Positions 1-9,006 of a stretch of DNA of 64,000 bases are shown in pieces; position 1 is the stretch's first letter, and each line of letters begins with the position of its first letter. Both the position numbers and the translations under genes were made by a program. The stretch comes from Bacteroidales bacterium (GTDB lineage: Bacteria > Bacteroidota > Bacteroidia > Bacteroidales > WCHB1-69). Location of the stretch: NCBI GenBank assembly GCA_045616665.1, contig JAZLHE010000066.1, positions 1,800 to 65,799 on the forward strand, read 5' to 3'. The notes beneath the pieces are model-generated. The model worked only from the letters and a program-made list of their open reading frames with translations, did not search any database and was not told the DNA's origin.

Positions 1-696
1 TCTGATTCATTACAGTATTTACAGCATATTACTGATTCATTAGAGATATTGAGAAAGAATGTCAATATCAAAAAGTCTCAACTGTTAGACAGTTTGAAAT
101 TATATGAATACTTGTCATCAGATAGCAGTTATAAACGCTATTGTAATGTTTATAAAGAAATTTTGAAAGATAAAAATGGATACGATTTAATGGGCGCTGA
201 TACTGCTTTTACAAATATGGTTCCCCGTATATTACTTGAGTACTATGGGGCACTCCAATATTTGTTTGAAAATCAATCAGAATTCTATCAGTTCTTCAAA
301 ACATTCTATCCTCGCTACCCGAGTGACGACTTCCGCCAATTAAAAGAGATATCCATACAGCGTTTACAAGAGAAACTTAAAGAATCAAATTTAACAGATG
401 GCAGTGAACTCCACAATAATCCATCACACCCATTAGCGAAAGAAATTGTTTCTTATATTAATGCAATCAGATTTTATGATAAAATGATGGTGGAAAAAGG
501 AGGACTAATTGGGTATGAAAGGAGAGAGTGGCTTGGAAGTACTTATACTTATGTATATGAATTTGGAGATATAAGAATATTACACGATTGGGCAGATAAC
601 TATAAATATTTACGTAAGGGCATCAAACAATTATACAGAGAAGATTACGGTTTGTATGTCTTTGATTTTTTTCTTGAGTATATTAATGGTAATTAA
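1..696 (+). CDS. Hypothetical protein, 5'-partial (frame is open from base 1)
   Basis: Frame 1 has no stop from base 1 (SDSLQYLQHITDSLEILRKN...) to TAA at 694-696. The stretch is AT-rich and shows no recognisable motif. Confidence 0.6.
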   Translation, partial: SDSLQYLQHITDSLEILRKNVNIKKSQLLDSLKLYEYLSSDSSYKRYCNVYKEILKDKNGYDLMGADTAFTNMVPRILLEYYGALQYLFENQSEFYQFFKTFYPRYPSDDFRQLKEISIQRLQEKLKESNLTDGSELHNNPSHPLAKEIVSYINAIRFYDKMMVEKGGLIGYERREWLGSTYTYVYEFGDIRILHDWADNYKYLRKGIKQLYREDYGLYVFDFFLEYINGN

Positions 697-832
697 AATT
701 ACAATTTTAAATTTGTACATTGTCAAGATGGACAGTCATCATCAAAAAATCCCCCTCCTTTTATTCCTAAAATAATAAAAATCGGAATAAAATGATTGTT
801 TGAGCAGCTACATTTAAAAAAATAGGAATGAT

Positions 833-1060
833 ATCCACCCATTCATTGACGGCAATGGATGAACCGGGCGCTTGCTTATGAATCTTCAACTCATTCAAAA
901 CGGGTTGCCGCCCATTAGCGTAAAATATGAGGACCGACGACGCTATTATGAAGCCTTCGACGCATATTCAAACAATCAGGACTCAGTGCCGATGATTCAG
1001 CTCATTGGGGAATCGGTCGTTGAGCGTTTAAGAAAAATGATTGAGGCGATTGCAAAATGA
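833..1060 (+). pseudogene. Fic-domain (AMPylase) remnant, 5'-truncated, with an internal stop
   Basis: Translates as IHPFIDGNG*TGRLLMNLQLIQNGLPP. This is the Fic signature HPFxDGNGRxxR with the Arg codon replaced by TGA (860-862). The frame is closed upstream by TAA at 815-817. Confidence 0.85.
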
Positions 1061-1119
1061 CAACTTCATTCCAACGGCTACAAGAAACTGAGCGAAGAAA
1101 AATAATTCGTCAACCCTGT

Positions 1120-1178
1120 TGTAGAGGCGCAAAATTTTGCGCCTCTACATTAACAGACGTTGCACGCAACGTTTCTAC
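1120..1178. repeat. Two adjacent GTAG-family REP-like palindromes
   Basis: A perfect 30-bp palindrome TGTAGAGGCGCAAAATTTTGCGCCTCTACA (1120-1149) is followed by an imperfect AGACGTTGCACGCAACGTTTCTAC (1155-1178). Confidence 0.75.
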
Positions 1179-1183
1179 GGAAT

Positions 1184-1217
1184 AAAAAATCCCCGCCGCT
1201 GAGGTGGGGATTTTTTT
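1184..1217 (+). terminator. Rho-independent (bidirectional-type) terminator
   Basis: AAAAAATCCCCGCC-GCTGA-GGTGGGGATTTTTTT hairpin with a T-tract. Confidence 0.8.
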
Positions 1218-1238
1218 GTTTGATTTAAAATAATTGTG

Positions 1239-1246
1239 TATCTTTG
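1239..1246 (+). promoter_or_regulatory. Bacteroidota sigmaA -7 element (TAnnTTTG)
   Basis: TATCTTTG, with a TTTG at 1215-1218 about 20 nt upstream. It precedes the ATG at 1281. Confidence 0.7.
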
Positions 1247-1280
1247 TATTTCAAAAATAATCTTAAACATATTCTATAGA

Positions 1281-4280
1281 ATGAAAAAAATCTATCTTCT
1301 CTTGTTTCTGTGCGCAATATTGCTGATGCAGAAATCCGTGGCAGGTCCCATTGACGAAAATGCCGCACGACAATGCGCTATTCGTTTTATGAGCAGCAAA
1401 GTAGAAAACACCCGCGGCACGGTAAGTTCTGTGCAACTCACCAAAGTGAACACGTCTTTTAACCACTTGTTCGTTTATAACCTCCAAGGCGGCGGCTTTG
1501 TAATCATCAGCGATGACGACCGTACAATGCCTGTTTTAGGTTATTCCGCCACCGGTGAAATCAATGTGAATGATATGGCTCCGGGATTTGCTTCCCAGTT
1601 GCGAAAATACAACGAACAGCTGAAAGCCATCGCCGAAGGTGCCGAAGTGAACGCCTATACTCCGCACCGCAATACCCGTAGCGTGGCTCCACTCATCGAA
1701 ACACAATGGAATCAGTGGTCTGCCGATGGAACGAGGTATAATTCTATGCTTCCCGTTGATTCAACCTTGCCGCAAACAGGATACAGACCTTCAACCGGCT
1801 GCGTTGCCACGGCGGCAGCCCAAGTGATGAACTATTGGCAGTGGCCGACCAACGGAAGAGGCTCGAATTGTGTGACTTATAATAATGGTTGCTGGCACTA
1901 CGGCACCTTGTGTGCGGATTTTGAATCAACCACTTACGATTGGGACAATATGCCGGCACGACTGGATAACAATAGTACGCAAGCCCAGCGTGATGCCGTA
2001 GGACTTTTGCAATATCATTGCGGTATCGCCGCTAACATACAATATAATTGCGATTGTCAGGCCAGCAGTTATGGTTTTACTTTCGCCATACATTATGCAC
2101 TTAACCATTTTTTCAAGTATAATGTTCATTCATTGCACGAATCAAGGTATAATTATTCTAATGCCGAATGGTTGGCACTGATGAAAAATGACTTGGATAA
2201 TCATCAACCTGTATTATATTTTGGACAGTCATTGTGGGATGAATCTGAAGGCACCTATCCCGGTGGCCATGCCTTTATTTTGGATGGATACGACGAAGAC
2301 GATATGGTACACGTCAATTGGGGCTGGGGCGGCTCTGGTGATGGCTACTTCAATTTGTTTGCTTTAACAGTCAATGATTACAATTTTTCACATTCTGAAG
2401 AAGCTATTTTAAACCTCTATCCTGATTACGAAGAAGATGATCTGCTTTTCACCATTTTGGGCTCTGATGTCATTTTAGATACTACTACCGTTCAAAAGGG
2501 AGATAATCTTCGCGGTCACGTCGATATTTACAATCCGAACGATGTGGTCGTTGACTTTTTTGCCGGTCAGGCAGTGCTTGAAAACCTTTCCCAAGAATTT
2601 GTTCAATGGATTGATGTTCAACACCTTATCATTTCCGCCCACGATACTTTGCACTATTCGTTTGATGCTCCGGTCAATTTGCCTGTGGGTAGTTATTATA
2701 CTGTTATGTATTTTGCCCACGACACCATTGATATTAATGCCACCTCCACTTTAGGAGCTATGATGTATCCCACATTGAATTTTCCTGAAGTTGATTTCTG
2801 GGTCGTTGACACCAACAAATCTTCAATGTCCAACTTGGTGATTTTTATCCGCTTTGCCGATGACGATGAAATCACCTATCCGTTCAATTCCATTGACAGC
2901 TTGTTTAATTGCAAAATTCCTGGATATCCAAGCGTTTACAATTATTTTGACGTGTCTTCATACGGTAAAATTCATTTTAATACCCTATTCGCCGACCAGA
3001 TTGTAAACAATTCAATTATTTCATTCGTGGACGAACATCCCCGTGGATATTATCAGCCGTATTCCGAAACGAACCCTATTGGTTATCACGGAGAAAATCC
3101 GATGATAGGCATCTCCATGCGCGAAGCCCAGCTGTTGGCTTCCGCCATCGATTATGTTAGTTCAAATGGCTTGGTGAACGACTACGCTACTTTGGATGGT
3201 GATGGTGATGGCTATATTGACAATATTTCCTTTATTGTCAAAGGTGATGTCGGTGCGTGGGGCTCCCTCTTATGGCCCCACATGGAATTTTTCCCTCAAG
3301 ATTCTATCGATCATCTCGTGAGCATTAACGGAAAACTTCCCAACACTTTCAACTTTGAGTTTGAAGGTTCTGTTTCCTACGGAATCAATGTCAATGTGTT
3401 CCGTCACGAAATGTCACATTCCTTAGGCCTCCCCGACAATTATCATTATACGAATTTTAGAAATGTAAATCCGTCTGGCCGTTGGGATGTGATGAGTGTT
3501 TCCAAAGTGATGAATCAAACCAATATGATGTACAAGAATAAGTTTTTACACGTGGCCGATGAACCGATTCAAATCACCGAGGATGGAACCTATACGCTTT
3601 ACAGCAATGCCACAAGCGCTTCGCAAAGCTGCTATTTCATCAAGTCGTCCATAGACGCTAACCAATGGTACACTTTCGAATATCGAAACAAGGAAGATTT
3701 GTTTGATGACGGCATACCCGGAACGGGCCTGATTATTGGCCGATGGAACAATGCCGTGCCCGCAAACATTCATGCAAATGCCTTTTTTGACAACGACAGC
3801 ATTCTTCATTTATATTGGGTTTTCCGCCCGGGAAGCAGTTGTGACACGGTTAATGGCGACATTGACAATGCCTTCTTCAGTGCCTTTGCGGAACGAACAT
3901 CCTTTGGTCCTACCACGGATCCTCATCCCTATGTGGCAGACGGAACGCCGGAAAACAGTTTTGAAATTACCGAAATTCAAGAATTTGGCGACTATTTGAC
4001 TTTCCATGTGCATTTTCTCAATGTTGGAGTCGAAGAACATTCTTTGGAGAACGACATTACGGTTTATCCAAATCCAACGGATAAGTATATTACCGTGGCG
4101 GGCAACAATATGCAGCGTATTGAAGTGTTCAATGCTATCGGTCAGTTGCAGAAAACCATCGTTACGCTTGATCCGGACCATTGTACGACTCCCGTTGAAA
4201 ATCTTGCCTCCGGTTTGCACTTTGTTCGCGTTATTCACCTTGATGGAACAACAAGAGAGGTGAAATTCGTGAAAAGATAA
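1281..4280 (+). CDS. Secreted C10 (streptopain-like) cysteine protease fused to an M6-family metalloprotease, with a T9SS C-terminal domain
   Basis: Signal peptide MKKIYLLLFL; Spi-like prodomain (GGGFVIISDDDR); C10 motifs TGCVATAAAQVM, GHAFILDGYD and HVNWGWGG; M6 motifs NLVIFIRFADD and HEMSHSLGLPD; CTD VYPNPT...KFVKR. Start moved from the ORF-track position 1236 to ATG 1281. Confidence 0.85.
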   Translation: MKKIYLLLFLCAILLMQKSVAGPIDENAARQCAIRFMSSKVENTRGTVSSVQLTKVNTSFNHLFVYNLQGGGFVIISDDDRTMPVLGYSATGEINVNDMAPGFASQLRKYNEQLKAIAEGAEVNAYTPHRNTRSVAPLIETQWNQWSADGTRYNSMLPVDSTLPQTGYRPSTGCVATAAAQVMNYWQWPTNGRGSNCVTYNNGCWHYGTLCADFESTTYDWDNMPARLDNNSTQAQRDAVGLLQYHCGIAANIQYNCDCQASSYGFTFAIHYALNHFFKYNVHSLHESRYNYSNAEWLALMKNDLDNHQPVLYFGQSLWDESEGTYPGGHAFILDGYDEDDMVHVNWGWGGSGDGYFNLFALTVNDYNFSHSEEAILNLYPDYEEDDLLFTILGSDVILDTTTVQKGDNLRGHVDIYNPNDVVVDFFAGQAVLENLSQEFVQWIDVQHLIISAHDTLHYSFDAPVNLPVGSYYTVMYFAHDTIDINATSTLGAMMYPTLNFPEVDFWVVDTNKSSMSNLVIFIRFADDDEITYPFNSIDSLFNCKIPGYPSVYNYFDVSSYGKIHFNTLFADQIVNNSIISFVDEHPRGYYQPYSETNPIGYHGENPMIGISMREAQLLASAIDYVSSNGLVNDYATLDGDGDGYIDNISFIVKGDVGAWGSLLWPHMEFFPQDSIDHLVSINGKLPNTFNFEFEGSVSYGINVNVFRHEMSHSLGLPDNYHYTNFRNVNPSGRWDVMSVSKVMNQTNMMYKNKFLHVADEPIQITEDGTYTLYSNATSASQSCYFIKSSIDANQWYTFEYRNKEDLFDDGIPGTGLIIGRWNNAVPANIHANAFFDNDSILHLYWVFRPGSSCDTVNGDIDNAFFSAFAERTSFGPTTDPHPYVADGTPENSFEITEIQEFGDYLTFHVHFLNVGVEEHSLENDITVYPNPTDKYITVAGNNMQRIEVFNAIGQLQKTIVTLDPDHCTTPVENLASGLHFVRVIHLDGTTREVKFVKR

Positions 4281-4309
4281 GAGATAAATTAATTGTCTTT
4301 CCAAAATAT

Positions 4310-4341
4310 AAAATCCCTGCTGAAGAGGCAGGGATTTTTTT
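4310..4341 (+). terminator. Rho-independent terminator
   Basis: AAAATCCCTGCT-GAAGA-GGCAGGGATTTTTTT. Confidence 0.85.
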
Positions 4342-4483
4342 ATTCTTAAATATGGATATTTGTGGACTTTTTTCTCTAAAAATGGTATATAAATATTGTT
4401 TTAGGAACCAAAATTCAAGAATTTTATGTAAGTTTGCCACAGAAAATATTTGAAAAAGATATAAGACTAAAAATATTGTAATT

Positions 4484-6631
4484 ATGAGTAAAAAAATCAA
4501 CCTTTTTTTCATTGCATTGATGATGATTTTCGTGGGTGTCCGCGCCGATGAAGGTATGTGGCTCCCCTATTCCATTAACGGACAGAGTCTGGCTGAGATG
4601 CAACGCCTCGGCTGCAAACTGACCGCAGAACAGATTTTCAGTTTCAACCAACCCAGCTTAAAAGATGCTGTCGTACAATTTGGCGGCGGCTGCACCGGAG
4701 AACTCATTTCTCCCGAAGGTCTATTGCTGACTAACCACCACTGCGGTCTCAGTTATGTACAATCCCACGCTTCCATCGAACACGATTACTTGCAAGATGG
4801 CTTCTGGGCCCGAAGCAAGAGCGAAGAATTGCCCAACGAAAATCTTTCTGTCTCATTTCTTAACTATATTGAGGATGTGACCGCAACCGTGCTCAAAGGC
4901 GTTACCGACAACATGTCAGAAACCGACCGTGCCAAACTTATCAAAGAAAATGGTCAAAATTTGATTAAGGAACGTAAGGCAGACCGCAACGTGGAAGTGG
5001 AAATCGTGCCGTTCTATCACGGAAATCAGTATATACTTTTTGTGTATGATGTTTATAAGGACGTCCGCTTGGTAGCTTGTCCACCTTGGGGAATTGGCAA
5101 GTTTGGTGCCGACACCGACAACTGGACTTGGCCACGCCATAAAGGTGACTTCTGCATTTTCCGTGTTTATACGGCGCCTGACGGTTCTCCAGCAGAATAT
5201 AGCAAGGACAATGTGCCGATGAAATCTAAACATTATCTGCCCATCTCATTGAAAGGAGTTCAACCCGGTGATTACACGATGATTATGGGTTATCCCGGTT
5301 CTACCGACCGCTATTCCACTTCCGGTGCGGTGAAGAATGTTGTTGAACAGGAAGGTCCCGCCATCATTGCTTGCCGTACCACCAAATTGGAACAGTATCG
5401 TAAGCACATGGATGCCGACCAGGCCGTCTTCATCAAATACGCTTCCAAGCAGGCTGGGGTCAGCAACTATTGGAAATACTATATCGGACAAGTCAAGCAA
5501 CTGCAGCGCAACAAGGTGTTTGAAAAACGTACCGAACAGGAACAGGCTTTCCGCAAGTGGACAAACGAAAATAGTGACCGCAAGGCACAATATGGTGACA
5601 TTTTCAATGAAATTGACAAATATTGGGCACATCAAGGAAAATACACGAAAGCTCTGATTTATCATCGTGAAGCTGGTTTGCGAGGCAGCGAGGCCGTGGC
5701 CTTCGCCCTACAATTCAGACGCCTCAATAACACCATCAACCAAAAGGCCGCCTCCAAGTCAGACATCGCGGCTTACGCCAAACAAAATATGACTGGTGCC
5801 GTGAAGGACTATTTTAAGGATTATGACAAGGCCACCGACCGCGACGTGACCATTGCTTTGCTCAATCTTTTCTATAGAGACATCAATCCAGCACAACTGC
5901 CAACCACGATCAAGAAAGTGGGAGACAAAACCGGTGGCGATTTTACCGCTTTTGTAGATAATGCTTTCGCTAAATCTATTTTCGTAGATGAAGACAAATT
6001 GAATGCTTGGATAGCGAACCCTAAATCTTTGGATAAAGACCCTATCTACGCCTTGATGTATGAGATTTTAAATTCATACTGGGATTTGAGCGACCAGGCC
6101 GAACAGCTTGGCAACAGCCACGCTGAACGTCTTTATATGCAAGGTCTGATGGAAATGCAGAAGGACCGCAACTTTTATCCGGATGCCAATTTCACGATGC
6201 GTCTCACCTACGGTAGCGTGCAGGATTGCAAACCCGCCGATGGTGTTACCTACAATTACATTACGACTTTGGACGGTGTGATGGCCAAGTACAAACCCGG
6301 CAACTGGGAATTTGACGTGCCCGAAGCGCTCATCAAATTATGGGAAAAGAAGGATTACGGCCGCTATGCGGACGAAAATGGCGATTTGGTCGTCAACTTC
6401 ATTACTACCAACGATATTACGGGTGGAAATTCCGGCAGCCCGGTTATCGACGCCCACGGCAACCTCATCGGCTTGGCCTTCGACGGCAACTGGGAAGCAA
6501 TGAGCGGTGACCTTTCATTCGAAAACGAGGTGCAAAGAACCATTTGTATGGATATGCGCTACCTGCTTTTCATTATCGACAAAATGGCGAATGCTCAAAA
6601 TCTGATGCAGGAAATCACGATTGTTGAATAA
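4484..6631 (+). CDS. dpp7: S46 family dipeptidyl peptidase, DPP7-type
   Basis: ADEGMWLP after the signal peptide, TNHHC, TGGNSGSP catalytic Ser, and FDGNWEAMSGD (Gly at the S1 position as in DPP7, not Arg as in DPP11). Promoter TAAGTTTG at 4429-4436. Confidence 0.9.
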   Translation: MSKKINLFFIALMMIFVGVRADEGMWLPYSINGQSLAEMQRLGCKLTAEQIFSFNQPSLKDAVVQFGGGCTGELISPEGLLLTNHHCGLSYVQSHASIEHDYLQDGFWARSKSEELPNENLSVSFLNYIEDVTATVLKGVTDNMSETDRAKLIKENGQNLIKERKADRNVEVEIVPFYHGNQYILFVYDVYKDVRLVACPPWGIGKFGADTDNWTWPRHKGDFCIFRVYTAPDGSPAEYSKDNVPMKSKHYLPISLKGVQPGDYTMIMGYPGSTDRYSTSGAVKNVVEQEGPAIIACRTTKLEQYRKHMDADQAVFIKYASKQAGVSNYWKYYIGQVKQLQRNKVFEKRTEQEQAFRKWTNENSDRKAQYGDIFNEIDKYWAHQGKYTKALIYHREAGLRGSEAVAFALQFRRLNNTINQKAASKSDIAAYAKQNMTGAVKDYFKDYDKATDRDVTIALLNLFYRDINPAQLPTTIKKVGDKTGGDFTAFVDNAFAKSIFVDEDKLNAWIANPKSLDKDPIYALMYEILNSYWDLSDQAEQLGNSHAERLYMQGLMEMQKDRNFYPDANFTMRLTYGSVQDCKPADGVTYNYITTLDGVMAKYKPGNWEFDVPEALIKLWEKKDYGRYADENGDLVVNFITTNDITGGNSGSPVIDAHGNLIGLAFDGNWEAMSGDLSFENEVQRTICMDMRYLLFIIDKMANAQNLMQEITIVE

Positions 6632-6648
6632 TTTATATGCGATAGATG

Positions 6649-6679
6649 AACTCTCCGCTGATGAGGTGGGGAGTTTTTT
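6649..6679 (+). terminator. Rho-independent terminator
   Basis: AACTCTCCGCT-GATGA-GGTGGGGAGTTTTTT. Confidence 0.8.
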
Positions 6680-6781
6680 ATTCTTATAAATTTTTGTATC
6701 AAATAAATACTGCATAACATCGAAGAAAAATGTAATTTTGCAATTCGTTCAATCCGATTATAAACTGAAAATTTTTAAATC

Positions 6782-8575
6782 GTGAATTTATTTCAACTTT
6801 TCAAAAATATCAGGCCTTTTGTGAAACCATATAAATGGTTGGTTTTCATTACATTAATTCTGACGTTGGTGGGTTCGTTGATGGCTCAGGTCAATGCTAT
6901 CGTGCTGGATCGCACCGTGGATGCCGTCAACGCATTGGTCGGAAGTGCTGATTTTGCCTGGAGCAAGGCAGCCAAGATTCTGACCGTCATTTCCATCGTC
7001 TTGCTGGGCAAAGAAATTCTTTCCGCCATTATTACGTTTGCGCAAAACTATTTTGGTGAGCGAATGCGAATTTTTGTGTCCAAGGATCTGGCGCAGTCGG
7101 TCATCGAAAAAGTGCTTACGTTCCGTATGGCCTTTTTCTCCCAAAGCGATAACGAAACCGGCAAATTGCAAACCCGTATCGACCAGGGCGTCAGCAGTCT
7201 GTCTCGAACCGTGCAGAATTTTTTCATCGACTTGTTGCCTCTATTTACCAGCGCCTTATTGGCCCTCATTTTAATGTTTATGGCTAATGTCTATGTGGGT
7301 TTGGTGGCTCTCTTCATCGTGCCGGTCTATTTTTTCATCACTTATCGCCAGGCCAAGCGGCTCAAAGGGTGGAGACGCGATATGCGCCATTACCTGGAAA
7401 CCAAAAGCCACGGCATTATGAACATCATTGAGTCTATCAATGTCATCAAGTCTTTTAATCGAGAACGCATCGAGGGCGATAAGCAGTTGAATATCCAAAA
7501 CCAGGTTACGGAAAACCAGATGAAAACCCGTCAAGTGAGTTTCTACTATAACGGTATAAAAAGTTTTGTCAAACAAGTCGGAACGGTATTGGTGATCATC
7601 CTTACGGCCTATTTGGTTCTCATCGATTATCCCGGAATGAGCATAGGTAAAATTATGTATCACGTGATGCTGTTCAGCAATGTCGTCGCTCCAATTACGC
7701 AGTTGCAACGTATTTTCGATGATATGAACGATGCGCTTATCTATGCGGAAGGCTTTTTCAGTATTCTTCATTCTGAAAAAGATATAGAACCCAGTGGTTC
7801 CTATCGTTCCGACAAGGTTATCGGTAATTTCAAAATCGATCACGTGGATTTCACTTACCCGAATGGCAAAAAAGCCCTTTACGATATTAATATGAACATT
7901 GAAAGCGGCAAAATCACGGCGTTTGTCGGTCTTTCCGGTGCGGGAAAAAGTACGATTGTGAATCTTCTGGATAAGTTTTACGATCCCGACTGCGGAAGCA
8001 TCACGCTGGATGGAGTGGATTTGCGGGATTATGACACGCAATTTTTGCGCGAAAACATCGGTATCGTGTTACAGAAAAATCATATTTTCGACGGTTCCAT
8101 TGAAGAAAATATTCTTTATGGCAACCCGAACGCTACACACGAACAGGTGGTTGATGCGGCGAAAAAAGCCTATATCTATGACCAGGTGATGGAATTGCCC
8201 AAGCAATTTGACAGCAAGGCGGAGGAACTTTCTGGCGGACAGCAGCAGCGTATTGCCATTGCCCGTATGTTTTTGAAAAATCCGCCCATTATTTTCTTAG
8301 ACGAGCCCACCGCCAGTCTGGATGCCATTGCTACGGAGCAAATCAAGAATAGCATTGACGCCATCAAACAAAATCGAACCGTAATCATTATTTCACACAG
8401 TATTTCCCAGATTATTGACGCTGATGTCATCTATGCCTTGAAAGACGGTCACGTGGAACAAAGTGGCGATCCTGACGAAATCTATGCCAAAGGCGGCATT
8501 TATAAAGATATTATTGATGCGTCTGCCAGATCCTTAAATATCGAAAAAATAGCAAAAACGATAGAAAACGCGTAA
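6782..8575 (+). CDS. ABC exporter, fused permease/ATP-binding protein
   Basis: N-terminal TM helices; Walker A GLSGAGKS, LSGGQ signature, Walker B IIFLDEPT. Promoter TAATTTTG at 6733-6740. Confidence 0.92.
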   Translation: MNLFQLFKNIRPFVKPYKWLVFITLILTLVGSLMAQVNAIVLDRTVDAVNALVGSADFAWSKAAKILTVISIVLLGKEILSAIITFAQNYFGERMRIFVSKDLAQSVIEKVLTFRMAFFSQSDNETGKLQTRIDQGVSSLSRTVQNFFIDLLPLFTSALLALILMFMANVYVGLVALFIVPVYFFITYRQAKRLKGWRRDMRHYLETKSHGIMNIIESINVIKSFNRERIEGDKQLNIQNQVTENQMKTRQVSFYYNGIKSFVKQVGTVLVIILTAYLVLIDYPGMSIGKIMYHVMLFSNVVAPITQLQRIFDDMNDALIYAEGFFSILHSEKDIEPSGSYRSDKVIGNFKIDHVDFTYPNGKKALYDINMNIESGKITAFVGLSGAGKSTIVNLLDKFYDPDCGSITLDGVDLRDYDTQFLRENIGIVLQKNHIFDGSIEENILYGNPNATHEQVVDAAKKAYIYDQVMELPKQFDSKAEELSGGQQQRIAIARMFLKNPPIIFLDEPTASLDAIATEQIKNSIDAIKQNRTVIIISHSISQIIDADVIYALKDGHVEQSGDPDEIYAKGGIYKDIIDASARSLNIEKIAKTIENA

Positions 8576-8692
8576 TAATTTCAGCATTTTTTGTATTTTT
8601 GCATAGTCGTTTGCCCGAGAAAAGGATTTATTCTTTTTAAAGAAATCAAATGGCGTAAAATCTTATAATTGTCTAATCTAAAGGAAATTCCA

Positions 8693-8986
8693 ATGGAAAA
8701 GAGAATAGGGAGTATCAGCATACTCATCTCCAATCGTACCATAGTTCCGCAGGTGAATCTGCTTCTCTCTGAATTTGCCGACCTTATTCTGGCACGGCAG
8801 GGTCTGCCAATGCGTGAACACGGACTTCATTTCATTTCCCTGATTATTGAAGGAACCACTGACCAAATCAGTGCGTTGACCGGCAAGTTGGGCCGTTTGG
8901 CCGATGTAGAAGCCAAGTCGATAGTGGCCAAGAAAACGATTTCCGCCGCTTCTGTGGATGCATTGTCAATGCAAAATCAAATATAA
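8693..8986 (+). CDS. TM1266-family putative [FeFe]-hydrogenase system regulator
   Basis: MEKRIGSISILI...ILARQGLP...ISLIIEGTTDQISALTGKLGRL pattern, directly upstream of hydG. Confidence 0.85.
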   Translation: MEKRIGSISILISNRTIVPQVNLLLSEFADLILARQGLPMREHGLHFISLIIEGTTDQISALTGKLGRLADVEAKSIVAKKTISAASVDALSMQNQI

Positions 8987-9006
8987 ATCATTAAAATTAT
9001 AATATT

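Noticed and set aside
860-862. In-frame TGA in the Fic motif as evidence of recoding or selenocysteine
   Set aside because: The position requires Arg, the gene is also 5'-truncated, and TGA acts as a normal stop elsewhere (e.g. 16329, 18074, 45533).
6658-6665. CTGATGAG (and CTGAAGAG at about 4320) resembling a hammerhead ribozyme core
   Set aside because: There is no downstream stem II/GAAA or cleavage triplet architecture. The motif is simply the loop region of a terminator hairpin.
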